64,000 nucleotides of DNA from an uncultured Acidobacteriota bacterium (GTDB taxonomy: Bacteria; Acidobacteriota; Thermoanaerobaculia; UBA5066; Gp7-AA6): the NCBI GenBank assembly GCA_963733815.1, contig CAVTEG010000015.1:464313-528312 (forward strand), written 5' to 3'. Positions 52,422-62,214 of this stretch are shown here, piece after piece; position 1 is the stretch's first letter, and each line of letters begins with the position of its first letter. Under the pieces are notes generated by a model, which was not told where the DNA came from, made no database searches, and was given only the letters and a program-made list of their open reading frames with translations. The position numbers and the translations under genes are program-made.

Positions 52422-54848
52422 TCATTCCGACCGGAGAACGGTGGCGGGATCGACGGCCATGGCTCGCCGCGCCGGTCGCGCGCACGCGAGGGCCACGACG
52501 CCGGTGACGACGAAAGCGACGCCGCCGAAGGTGAGCGGATCCGTCGGGCCGACGCCGAAGAGGAGGCTCGACAGGAAGCGCGTCAGGCCCACGGCGGCGA
52601 CGGCGCCGATCACGATTCCGATGGCGGCGAGCCTGAGCGAGTGGTGGAAGACGAGGCGGAGGACGTCCCCGCGTTTGGCGCCGAGCGCCGTCCGGATGCC
52701 GATCTCGCGCGTCCGCTGCGCCACACCGTAAGAGACGACGCCGTATATGCCGACCGCGGCGAGGAGGAGCGCCAGGGCGCCGAACGCGCCGAGGAGAAGC
52801 GTGTGAAAGCGCCTGCGAGCCAGCGACTCGGCGATGTACTGGGTCATCGGCTGCACGGCGGTCACGGCCTGGTCCTTGTCGAGCGCGTGGATCGCCCCGA
52901 TCACCGGCTTCGCCATGCTCATCGGCGACCGGCCCGTCCGGACGAGCAGCGTCAGGGCGGGCTCGGGATCCTGGGCCATCGGCAGGAAGACCTCGGTTCG
53001 GATTTCGGCGTCGAGTCCGGACTGGGGAACGTCGCCGACCACGCCGACGATCTCGCGGAACGGGGCGTCGTTCTGGGGAAATCCCTGCTTGATCCGCTTG
53101 CCGAGGGGACTTTCGTTCGGCCACCACTTGCGGGCCATCTTCTCGTTGATCACGACGACCGGGGGCGAGGTGGGCGTGTCGGTCGCGTCGAAGAAACGAC
53201 CTTTCTTGAGCGGCACGCGCATCGTCTGAAAGTAGGACGACTCGACCATGTTGAAGGGGCTGGTCGGCAGCTCCGACTGCCTCGGAACGGGCCGATCCGA
53301 GACGAGGTAAACGGAGCCCCAGCACTGGCCGACGACCGGCGTGCACATGCTGGCGCTGGCGCTCTCGACGCCCGGGAGGTGGCGGATCTCCTCGAGACCC
53401 CTCTCGTAGAAGCGACGCTGCTCCTCGTCGGTCTTGTACGTTGCCTCCGGAAGGTAGACGTCGAGCGCGAGGACGCCGTCAGTCTCCAGACCGGGAGACA
53501 CACCCTCGACCCGGCGGAGGCTGCGGAGCAAAAGTCCCGAGGCCACGGCCAGAACGAACGCGAGGGCGACCTCCGAGACGAACAGCGCGGAACGGAGGCG
53601 CTGGCGCGCGGTTCCCCCCGTCGCGGTGTTGCCGGACTCGCGAAGAGTCGTCTGGGGATCGCTTCGAGATGCCTGTGCAGCGGGAGCGAGGCCGAAGATG
53701 AGGCCGGTCAAAGTCGACGCGGCGAGGGTGAATAGGAGCACGGCCGTATCGATCCTCGTGTCCGCGAGGCGCGGGATCTCGGGAGGCGCCAGACGCAGCA
53801 GCGGCCCGAGCGCCCAGGCCGCGAGCACGACACCGAGAGCGCCCCCGATCGCGGAAAGCAACAGGCTTTCGGTCAGGAGCTGCCGAACGATCCGGGCCCG
53901 ACCGGCGCCGATGGCCGTGCGGATCGCGAACTCCCGGCGCCGCGCCGACGCCCGGGCCAGCAGCAAGTGCGCGATGTTGGCGCAGGCAATCAGAAGCACC
54001 ACGCCCACGGCCGCGAGCAGGATCCAGAGGGCCGCCCGGAAGTCTCGGAACATGGCATCGTCCAGGAAAGCGATCGTGGCCCGCTGGCCGCTGTTGGACT
54101 GGGGATACTCCTTCTCGAGCTGGAGCATGATGGTTTCCATCTCGCGCCCCGCTCCCTCAAGGGACGCTGCGGGCGCGAGCCTCGCAAGCACGCGCATCGC
54201 CGAGTGGTTGCCCCGATCCAGCCAACCCCGCCGGCTGCCCATCAGGCCAACCGGGGTGTAGATGTCGACGGCGTCCGCGAAGAACGCGAACGAACGCGGG
54301 AGCACGCCCACGATCGTGTGGGGAGTTGCGTCGAGTTGGACGGCGCGGCCCACGACCGAAGGGTCGCCGCCGAAGCGCCGCTTCCACACTCCGTGAGACA
54401 GCAGCGCGACGGGCGAAGCCCCCGGTCGGTCGTCGGCTTCGTCGAACGCACGACCCAGCGCGGGGGAGACCCCGAGGAGCGGAAAGAACGGAGCGGACAC
54501 CTGTGCGGATCGAAGCATCTCCGGCGCGCCGGCGCCGCTGAGCATCAGGTGATCGGTCCGGAAGCCGGCCATGCCCTGGAAGGACCGCGCTTGCGTCCGC
54601 CAGTCCAGGAACGTCGGCCATGCCACGCCCATCTCGCCGCCGTGGTGGATATGCCGCTCGCGCATCACGACAAGCCGGTCGGGCTCGGGGTACGGGAGGC
54701 GGCGAAGAAGGACGGCGTGCACGACCGAGAAGATCGCGGTGTTGGCTCCGATGCCCAGCGCCAGGGTCGCCACGGCGATTGCGGTAAAGCCGGGCGTGCG
54801 CACCAGGGTGCGAAGGGCGTAGCGAAGATCCTGCATCAGTGTGGACAT
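52422..54848 (-). CDS. ADOP-family permease, copy 8 (intact)
   Basis: ORF 52422..54848: [43 protein letters not shown] ... LLIACANIAHLLLARASARRREFAIRTAIGA ... YGVVSYGVAQRTREIGIRTALGA ... VDPATVLRSE. Confidence 0.9.
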   Translation of the reverse strand: MSTLMQDLRYALRTLVRTPGFTAIAVATLALGIGANTAIFSVVHAVLLRRLPYPEPDRLVVMRERHIHHGGEMGVAWPTFLDWRTQARSFQGMAGFRTDHLMLSGAGAPEMLRSAQVSAPFFPLLGVSPALGRAFDEADDRPGASPVALLSHGVWKRRFGGDPSVVGRAVQLDATPHTIVGVLPRSFAFFADAVDIYTPVGLMGSRRGWLDRGNHSAMRVLARLAPAASLEGAGREMETIMLQLEKEYPQSNSGQRATIAFLDDAMFRDFRAALWILLAAVGVVLLIACANIAHLLLARASARRREFAIRTAIGAGRARIVRQLLTESLLLSAIGGALGVVLAAWALGPLLRLAPPEIPRLADTRIDTAVLLFTLAASTLTGLIFGLAPAAQASRSDPQTTLRESGNTATGGTARQRLRSALFVSEVALAFVLAVASGLLLRSLRRVEGVSPGLETDGVLALDVYLPEATYKTDEEQRRFYERGLEEIRHLPGVESASASMCTPVVGQCWGSVYLVSDRPVPRQSELPTSPFNMVESSYFQTMRVPLKKGRFFDATDTPTSPPVVVINEKMARKWWPNESPLGKRIKQGFPQNDAPFREIVGVVGDVPQSGLDAEIRTEVFLPMAQDPEPALTLLVRTGRSPMSMAKPVIGAIHALDKDQAVTAVQPMTQYIAESLARRRFHTLLLGAFGALALLLAAVGIYGVVSYGVAQRTREIGIRTALGAKRGDVLRLVFHHSLRLAAIGIVIGAVAAVGLTRFLSSLLFGVGPTDPLTFGGVAFVVTGVVALACARPARRAMAVDPATVLRSE

Positions 54849-54852
54849 GGAA

Positions 54853-57411
54853 TTACTCCGTTCTCAGAGCCGTGATGGGATCGACTCGGGCTGCCCGTCG
54901 GGCGGGCAGGAAAGCCGCCACGGCGGCGACGGCCACCATGACCGTCGCGACGACGGCGAGCGTCGCGGGATCGGAACTGCCGACTCCGTAGATGAGGTTC
55001 CCCAGAAGGCGGCCCGCGGCGAGGGACGCCGCGAGACCGATGACCAGCCCGGCCACGGTCGGCCGCAGGCCCTGGAGAACGATCATCCGGACGACCTGCG
55101 GCCGGCGGGCCCCGAGCGCCATTCGGATTCCGATCTCGTTCGTGCGCTGCGCGACCGAATAGCCGAGCACGCCGGACAGCCCGACGGCCGCGAGACAGAG
55201 GACGACCGCGCCGAAGAACGTCAGCAGCTGCGCGTAGAGACGCTCGCGGGAAAGGTTGGCCTCCGAGCGCGCCTCCTGCGTGCCGACCTCGGTGACCGGC
55301 AGATTCGGGTCGATCTCGCGCACGACGCGCCGCATCGTCTCCGCCATTGCCGCGGGGTCGCTCGCGGTGCGCAGGGCGAAGCGCATCTCGCCGATCGAAT
55401 CAGTCTGCTGCCGCCAGGGCGTGAAGAGCAGAGGCTCGATCGCCTTGCGCTGGCTGTCGTACTTGGTGTCGCCGACGACGCCGACGATCTCCAGCTCGGG
55501 GTCTTCTTCGGAGTCCCGTACACGCTGGCCCAGCGGACTCCGGCCCGGGAAGTACTTTTCGGCGAAGGCCTGGTTGACGATCGCGACCCGAGGAGCCCGC
55601 GCGTCGTCCTTCTCGGAGAAGCCGCGGCCGAGAATGCGGGGGATCTCCAGCGCTTCGAAGAAGTTCTCGCGGACCGTCTGCAGATTGGAGTAGTGACGGG
55701 CGGCCGTCGCCGCCGTCTCGCCGGGAAGAAGAACAGACGTGTCCCACGTGTAGTCGGCAATCAGGGGAATGTGGCTGAACGTCGCCGCGCGCACTCCGGG
55801 CAGGGCGTCGAGCCGCGCGAAGAGTCGGCCGTAGAAGTCGAGAAGACGCTCGTCTTTGTACCCCGCCTGGCGAGGCTGCAGCGTGAAGACGAGGAGCTTC
55901 TCCTGGTTGAACCCGAGACGGACGCCCTCGAGGTTGGAGAGCGTTTGCAGGAACAGGCCTGCCCCCGCCAGGATCACGACCGAGAGGGCCACCTGGAGGG
56001 CGACCAGCGTGTTTCTGAGGCGGGAGCCCGTCGTCGTTGTGCGGCGGCCCTGTCTCAGGGTCGTCGCCAGGTCGAGAGACGCCGTCCGCCACGCCGGCGC
56101 CAGTCCGAAGAGGATTCCCGTCGCGAGGGAGATCGCCAGCGTGAACGCCAGGACCCGCGCGTCGAGCCCGCGATCGATGTCGAGCATGAACCGGCTGTCG
56201 CCGTCGGCCAGGCCGACGAGCGCGGTCCTTCCCCAGACCCCGAAGAGCGTCCCCGCCGCGCCGCCCAGGACCGCCAGGAGCACGGACTCGGTCAACAGCT
56301 GCCGGACGAGCCGCCTGCGACCCGCGCCGAGGGCAAGCCGTGCGCCGATCTCGGGGCGGCGCAGGGCCGCGCGGGAGAGGAGAAGGTTCGCGAGGTTTGC
56401 GCACGCGATCAGGAGCACGGCCGCAACGACGAGAAAGAGGCTGTAGATCGGCCGCGAGAAGGACCGCCGGTGCTCCCGCAGTCCCCGTCCGCCGGGCTCC
56501 GCGACCAGACGCGGATAGTCCTTCGGTTCCAGACGCGCCGGCTCCCCGTCGCGCCGCGGAGGCGGCATGATCTCCAGCGCCTGGGCCTGGAACGTCCCGT
56601 TCAGGCTCCGGGCCGCCTGCTCGCGCGTGGCGCCAGGCTTCAGGCGGCCCATGAGGTTGATCCACCAGATCCCGGGCTTGCCGTCGCGGGCCATGCCCGT
56701 GTCCTCGCCCAGCAGCGTCGGCTCGAAGTGGAGGGGGACCGTGACGTCCGGCTGATAGTCCACCTGCAGCGCGCCGTGGAACCCCGGCGCCGTCACGCCG
56801 ATGACCGTGAAGGTTGTCTGGTTGAGCTTGAGCGGCTGACCGAGGATGTCTGGATTCCCTCCCAGGCGCTGCTTCCAGTAGGCGTGACTGAGAACCACGA
56901 CGGGCGTCGCCTCCGCCGCGTCGTCCTGGGCCACGATTCCTCGGCCGACGAGGAAGGGCACACCGAGTCCGGCGTAGTAGCCGCCCGATACGACCTCACC
57001 GTGCACGATCTCGGCGTTTCCTCCTGCGGCGGCGGTAATGTCGTAGAGCGGCGCGAACGCGAAGAGGTCGGAGAGCGGGCTGTTCCCCGCCTGCTGTCGC
57101 CACGACTCGCGCAACCTCTCGATGGTGTCGTAGCGGAAGATCGAGCTTCCCTGGGTTCCCTCGGGATGCGGGGAGCCGGACCCACGGCGTCCACTCGTCC
57201 GGAACGCCCTCCCGGCTTCCCACTCGAGCAGCACGAGGCGGGCGGGATCTCTCACCGGCATCGTCTTCAGCAGGACCGCGTCCACGACGCTGAAGAGGGC
57301 GGTGTTGGCGCCGATGCCGAGCGCCAGCGTCAGAACCGCGATCGTGGTGAACCCGGGATTCTTCCGGAGCCATCGGGCGGCGAAGCGCAGGTCCTGGAAC
57401 AGCGTCGACAC
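54853..57411 (-). CDS. ADOP-family permease, copy 9 (intact)
   Basis: Frame of ORF 54853..57459. The likely start is GTG 57411 ([42 protein letters not shown]), 4 nt after the ADOP-10 stop. C-term VDPITALRTE. Confidence 0.88.
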   Translation of the reverse strand: MSTLFQDLRFAARWLRKNPGFTTIAVLTLALGIGANTALFSVVDAVLLKTMPVRDPARLVLLEWEAGRAFRTSGRRGSGSPHPEGTQGSSIFRYDTIERLRESWRQQAGNSPLSDLFAFAPLYDITAAAGGNAEIVHGEVVSGGYYAGLGVPFLVGRGIVAQDDAAEATPVVVLSHAYWKQRLGGNPDILGQPLKLNQTTFTVIGVTAPGFHGALQVDYQPDVTVPLHFEPTLLGEDTGMARDGKPGIWWINLMGRLKPGATREQAARSLNGTFQAQALEIMPPPRRDGEPARLEPKDYPRLVAEPGGRGLREHRRSFSRPIYSLFLVVAAVLLIACANLANLLLSRAALRRPEIGARLALGAGRRRLVRQLLTESVLLAVLGGAAGTLFGVWGRTALVGLADGDSRFMLDIDRGLDARVLAFTLAISLATGILFGLAPAWRTASLDLATTLRQGRRTTTTGSRLRNTLVALQVALSVVILAGAGLFLQTLSNLEGVRLGFNQEKLLVFTLQPRQAGYKDERLLDFYGRLFARLDALPGVRAATFSHIPLIADYTWDTSVLLPGETAATAARHYSNLQTVRENFFEALEIPRILGRGFSEKDDARAPRVAIVNQAFAEKYFPGRSPLGQRVRDSEEDPELEIVGVVGDTKYDSQRKAIEPLLFTPWRQQTDSIGEMRFALRTASDPAAMAETMRRVVREIDPNLPVTEVGTQEARSEANLSRERLYAQLLTFFGAVVLCLAAVGLSGVLGYSVAQRTNEIGIRMALGARRPQVVRMIVLQGLRPTVAGLVIGLAASLAAGRLLGNLIYGVGSSDPATLAVVATVMVAVAAVAAFLPARRAARVDPITALRTE

Positions 57412-57415
57412 CTTC

Positions 57416-59806
57416 TCACTCCGATCGCAGCGCAGCCATCGGATCGGTGCGCGCCGCAAAGAGCGCGGGGATCCAGCAGGCCAGCAAGGCCGAGGCGCCG
57501 AGCACCATCGCGACTGCCGTGAACGTCGCGGGGTCGGTGGGCGGCACGCCGACGAGCATGCTCGTCATCAGGCGCGTCAGGCCGTACGCCGCCGCCAGGC
57601 CGATCGCGATGCCCAGTCCGATCAGCCGCAGACCGTCGGCGAGGATCTCTCGGACCACGCGTCCGGGAGCCGCTCCGAGCGCCATGCGGACGCCGATCTC
57701 GGCGCGCCGCCGCCGGACCGTGCTCCACATCACGCCGAAGATCCCGACGCACGCGAGCCCGAGCGCCGAGGCGGCGAAGATCGAGAGAAGCTCCGCTCCG
57801 AAGCGCTGCCGCGTCAGGGAGTCGTCCACGAGCTGGCTCATCGACCGCACGCGGGCGATTGGCAGGAGGGGGTCGATCGAACGGACCTTGCGGCGGACCA
57901 GCTCCGCGAGGCCGGCCGAGCCGCCGGGACCCCGGACGACGAGCTCGGACCAGCGTTTCCAGTCCTGGTCGCCCTGCACGAAGGGCGTGTAGACGGCGGG
58001 CTCGTCGCCCTGGGCGAGGCCGAAGTGGCGCACGTCGCCCACGACGCCGACGATCGTGATCCAGTGGATCTCCCGCTGCCTCACCCAGCGCAGGCGGCGG
58101 CCGATCGGGCTCGAGTTCGGAAAGTAGCGCTTCGCAACCGCCTCGTTGACGACGCCGACGCGCTCGGCGTCTTCGCGGTCCGACTCCGCGAGGAAACGCC
58201 CCGCCTTGAGTTGGATCCGCATCGTGCCGAAGTAGTCGCCCATGACGCTCCGGCTGTAGATCGACGGCTCGTCGCCCGGAGCGAGCGCCGGCGCGCCGTC
58301 GATGACGAAGTCGTGATCCAGCGCGTCCCCCGACATCGGGACCTCGCTGATCATGGCTGCGTGCGCGCCCGGCTCTTCGGCGAAGGCCTGGAGGAGCCGG
58401 CGGCGAAAGAGGGACTGGTCGTCTTTCTTGTCGTACCGGGACGCCGGGAGATCGATGTGTGCCGCGAGGACTCCGTCGGTCTCGAAGCCGGGCGCGACGC
58501 GCTGGAGGTGCCAGAGGACCCGAACCAGGAGTCCCGCGCCGATCAGCAGCACGAGAGCGAGGGCGATCTCCGAGACGACGAGGGTTCCGCGGGTCTGGCC
58601 CGTGTCGCGCAGCGCGGCGGAGCGCCCGCCGCCGAGCAGGCGTCCGAATCGCCGGCCCGAGGCCTGCCAGGCGGGAGCGATTCCAAAAACGACGCTCGTC
58701 AGAAGCGACGCGCCGAACGTGAAGGCTGCGACGCGCGCGTTCGATCCCACGTTCGAGAGCCGCGGCAGCGCGTCGGGAAACCGGGACAGGAGCGCGTCGA
58801 CGCCCCAGCTGCTCACGAGGAGTCCGAGCGCTCCGCCGATCAGAGAGAGGACTGCGCTCTCCGTCAGGATCTGCGCGACGATGCGGCGGCGCGACGCGCC
58901 CAGAGCCACGCGCACCGAGAGCTCGGGCGCCCGCGACAGGACGCTGGTCATCTGGAGGTTCGCGAGGTTGGCGCACGCGATCAGCAGCACGAGCCCCACG
59001 GCGGCGACCAGGATGGCGAGCGCGCGCCGGCTGCCGCCGACCACGTTCTCGAGCAGGAGAGTCAGGTCGGCCTCGAGCCCCTTGTCGGACTCGGGGTGCA
59101 CCCGGGCGAGCTCCCGGAACGCGGCGGAGAGGTCGGCCCGCGCGGCGGCCGTCGAGACGCCGGGCTTCAATCGAAAGACCGGACGCACGAAGTGGACGCC
59201 GCGCTCGGGAGCGGCCGTGGGATAGGCCACCCATAGAGGCACGTACAGGTCCGCCTTCTGCTCCGGCAAGGCGAAGCCCGGCTCCATGACGCCGACGACG
59301 GTCCAGGGAGCGCCGCCGAGGAGGATCGACTTCCCGACGATGGCGGGATCGCCGCCGAACTCTCTCTGCCAGAGCTCGTGCCCGAGCACTGCGACTCGCT
59401 CTCCTCCGGGCCGGTCGTCGCGGCGGGACAGCGTGCGGCCGAGCGCCGCTTTCGCGCCGAGCGTCTCGAACAGAGCCCCGCTCGCCATCGCGGACATCCC
59501 CTGGACAGGCTCGGATCCGGCCTTCAGATCGAAGGGGTTCAGGGCGGCGCCGCCGACGATCGCAAACGAGCGAGTCATGGTGGCGACGTCCGCGAGCTCG
59601 GGAGCGGAGAGGTTGTGCGGCAGCGTCAGGAGCCGCCCGGGATCCTGGTAGGGAAGGGGCCGCAGCAGGACGCCGTCGACGACGCTGAAGATCGCGGTGT
59701 TGGCGCCGATGCCGAGCGCGAGCGTCGCCACGGCGATCGCGGTGAAGCCCGGGTTCGCCGCGAGGCGGCGTAGAGCGAAGCGGAGATCCTGCACGAGCGC
59801 GCCCAT
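57416..59806 (-). CDS. ADOP-family permease, copy 10 (intact)
   Basis: ORF 57416..59806: [43 protein letters not shown] ... [31 protein letters not shown] ... [23 protein letters not shown] ... [10 protein letters not shown]. Confidence 0.9.
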   Translation of the reverse strand: MGALVQDLRFALRRLAANPGFTAIAVATLALGIGANTAIFSVVDGVLLRPLPYQDPGRLLTLPHNLSAPELADVATMTRSFAIVGGAALNPFDLKAGSEPVQGMSAMASGALFETLGAKAALGRTLSRRDDRPGGERVAVLGHELWQREFGGDPAIVGKSILLGGAPWTVVGVMEPGFALPEQKADLYVPLWVAYPTAAPERGVHFVRPVFRLKPGVSTAAARADLSAAFRELARVHPESDKGLEADLTLLLENVVGGSRRALAILVAAVGLVLLIACANLANLQMTSVLSRAPELSVRVALGASRRRIVAQILTESAVLSLIGGALGLLVSSWGVDALLSRFPDALPRLSNVGSNARVAAFTFGASLLTSVVFGIAPAWQASGRRFGRLLGGGRSAALRDTGQTRGTLVVSEIALALVLLIGAGLLVRVLWHLQRVAPGFETDGVLAAHIDLPASRYDKKDDQSLFRRRLLQAFAEEPGAHAAMISEVPMSGDALDHDFVIDGAPALAPGDEPSIYSRSVMGDYFGTMRIQLKAGRFLAESDREDAERVGVVNEAVAKRYFPNSSPIGRRLRWVRQREIHWITIVGVVGDVRHFGLAQGDEPAVYTPFVQGDQDWKRWSELVVRGPGGSAGLAELVRRKVRSIDPLLPIARVRSMSQLVDDSLTRQRFGAELLSIFAASALGLACVGIFGVMWSTVRRRRAEIGVRMALGAAPGRVVREILADGLRLIGLGIAIGLAAAYGLTRLMTSMLVGVPPTDPATFTAVAMVLGASALLACWIPALFAARTDPMAALRSE

Positions 59807-59814
59807 GGTTCCTC

Positions 59815-62214
59815 CTATTCCGACCTCAGGGCGGTGAGGGGATCGACGCCCGCCGCCCGACGGGCCGGCAGGTACGCGGCGGCCACGGCCACCGCGAGCA
59901 GCAGCGCCGCGGCGCCGGAAAGAATCCAGGGGTCCGTGGCGCTGACCTCGAACAGAAGCGCCCGCATCAGACGTGTCGCGGCCATCGCTCCGGCAAGACC
60001 GATGAGAACGCCGAGCACAGTCATTCGGACGGCGCGCCGCAGCACCGCGGCCATCACGTCCCGTCCCCGCGCGCCGAGGGCCATCCGAATCGCGATCTCG
60101 CGCACGCGTTCGCTGACGGAATACGCCATGACGCCGCCCACACCCACGGCCGCCAACGCCAGAGCCAGCGCGGCGAACGCCCCGAGCAGGCGGACGATCA
60201 GGCGCCGGCCGCCGGCCGACTCGTCGAGGATCTCGTCCATCGCGCGCACGCCCCAGACGGCGACCGACGGATCCATCGCCCGGACGGTCCGGCGCACGCT
60301 GGCCGCCATGGCGGATGCCGGAACGCGCGTGCGCACGAGGAGGCTCGTGTAAGACATCGGCAGCTGCGATTGCGGGACGTACATCTGTGGAGAAGCCGGT
60401 GCATCGAGGGCGCGCTCGTGCACGTCGCCGACCACGCCGACGATCTCGAAGGACGGCGGGCAGTTTGCGGAGTCGCGGCAGAACCCGATCCGGAGATGGC
60501 GTCCGATCGGGTCTTCACCCGGAAAGTAGTCGCGCGCGAAGGCCTCGTTCACAACGACGGACAGCGGCGCTCCGCTGCGGTCGCTCTCGGAAAGGTATCG
60601 TCCCGACTTCCGCGGTATCCGCAGGGCCTCGAAGTAGCCGGGATCGACCCATCGCATCTCGGCCGAGTACTCGTCGCCACGCGGCATCGGACGGCCTTCG
60701 ACCGTGAACCCGTTTCCGAAGCTGTCATTGGTGACCGGGAGATGGCTGATGAAGGTCGCCGACTCCACGCCCGGGAGCGCCTCCGTCTGAGCGCGAACCC
60801 GCTCGAAAAACCGGGTCCACTGGTCGGGCTCGGGGTACTGGGCGGTGGGGAGGTTCAGGTTCATCGCGAGGAGATTCCGGCTGTCGAATCCGGGAGCGAC
60901 TTCGGACAGCTTCGCGAGGCTGCGGAGCAGCAGGCCCGCGCCGGTCAGCAGCATCAGGCAGAGCGCCACTTCCGCCGCGACGAAGGCCGCCGTCGTCCGG
61001 TGCGCGCCGGCCGTTCGGCCTCCGGCTCCCCGAAGGACGCCCTCGACCTCTCGTCGGGTGGCCTGCCAGGCCGGCGCGAGCCCGAAGACCACGCTCGCGG
61101 CCGCGGCGAGGGCCAGAGAAAACGCGAGGACGGCTGGTTCGATGCCGCCGGGGGAGCGGGGAAGGACTCGGGATATCGGACCCGAAAGCGCATCGACGAT
61201 CCAGACCGCGCCAAGAACGCCGAGCACCGCTCCGCCCAGGGCGAGAACCAGGCTCTCTGTCAGGAGCTGACGGATCAGCCGACGCCGGCCGGCTCCCAGT
61301 GCGATGCGCACGGCGATCTCGCGGTGCCGGCGGTTGGCGCGCGCCAGCAGCAGGTTCCCGACGTTCGCGCAGGCGATCAGCAGGACGAACCCGGCGGCAG
61401 CGGCCAGCAGGAGAAGCATCGGACGTGACTCGCCGACGATCTCCGGCGCAAGCGGCAGCACTTCGGCCCGCCAGCCCTTGTTGAAGTCTGGATACGCCTG
61501 GTCGAGGTAGCGGCTGATGGCGTCCATCTCGGCGCGCGCGGCGGTGAGCGTCGCATCCAGCCGGATGCGCGCGACGACCGAGAGCCACTTGGATCCGCGG
61601 CTCTGCAGATCCTGCGCCGTCAGAGCCAGCGGCGCCCAGATGTCGGATCGACGCAGCGGAGGGAACTCGAGGTCGGCCGGGAGAATGCCGACGACCGAGT
61701 GAGGCGCGCCGTTGATCTGGATCGAGCGTCCGACCACCGACGGGTCGGCGGCGAAACGGGAGCGCCAGTATCGATCCGAGAGCAGCACGACGCGGTCCCG
61801 GCCGGGCTCTCCCTCTTCGAGAGAGAAACCTCGCCCGGCAGCGGTGCGGATGCCCAGAAGCGGAAGCAGGCTCGGGGAAACGAAAGCCACGCGGACGCGT
61901 TCGGCATCCTCCACGGAACGCAGATTCACGCCCGCGGCGCTGTAGGCGGACATGACCTCGAGCGTGCGCGCGCGGCGCCTCCAGTCCTCGAAGTTGGCCG
62001 GCGAGACGCCCGTGTGCCACTCGCCCTTGGTCTGTCCGAGGGTCACGAGCCTCTCCGGCTCGGCGACGTGGAGCGGCCGCAGAAGGACCGCGTGGACGAC
62101 CGAGAACATGGCCGTGTTGGCGCCGATGCCGAGCGCGAGCGTCAGCAGCGCCGCGATGGTGAAGCCGGGCGAGCGCGCGAGTCCGCGCAGCGCGTAACGC
62201 AGGTCCGGGATCAT
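59815..62214 (-). CDS. ADOP-family permease, copy 11 (intact)
   Basis: ATG 62214 ([40 protein letters not shown]) lies within the 1392-aa ORF 59815..63993. Residues upstream of this Met are an out-of-frame read of ADOP-12. C-term [10 protein letters not shown]. The start overlaps the ADOP-12 stop (ATGA). Confidence 0.88.
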   Translation of the reverse strand: MIPDLRYALRGLARSPGFTIAALLTLALGIGANTAMFSVVHAVLLRPLHVAEPERLVTLGQTKGEWHTGVSPANFEDWRRRARTLEVMSAYSAAGVNLRSVEDAERVRVAFVSPSLLPLLGIRTAAGRGFSLEEGEPGRDRVVLLSDRYWRSRFAADPSVVGRSIQINGAPHSVVGILPADLEFPPLRRSDIWAPLALTAQDLQSRGSKWLSVVARIRLDATLTAARAEMDAISRYLDQAYPDFNKGWRAEVLPLAPEIVGESRPMLLLLAAAAGFVLLIACANVGNLLLARANRRHREIAVRIALGAGRRRLIRQLLTESLVLALGGAVLGVLGAVWIVDALSGPISRVLPRSPGGIEPAVLAFSLALAAAASVVFGLAPAWQATRREVEGVLRGAGGRTAGAHRTTAAFVAAEVALCLMLLTGAGLLLRSLAKLSEVAPGFDSRNLLAMNLNLPTAQYPEPDQWTRFFERVRAQTEALPGVESATFISHLPVTNDSFGNGFTVEGRPMPRGDEYSAEMRWVDPGYFEALRIPRKSGRYLSESDRSGAPLSVVVNEAFARDYFPGEDPIGRHLRIGFCRDSANCPPSFEIVGVVGDVHERALDAPASPQMYVPQSQLPMSYTSLLVRTRVPASAMAASVRRTVRAMDPSVAVWGVRAMDEILDESAGGRRLIVRLLGAFAALALALAAVGVGGVMAYSVSERVREIAIRMALGARGRDVMAAVLRRAVRMTVLGVLIGLAGAMAATRLMRALLFEVSATDPWILSGAAALLLAVAVAAAYLPARRAAGVDPLTALRSE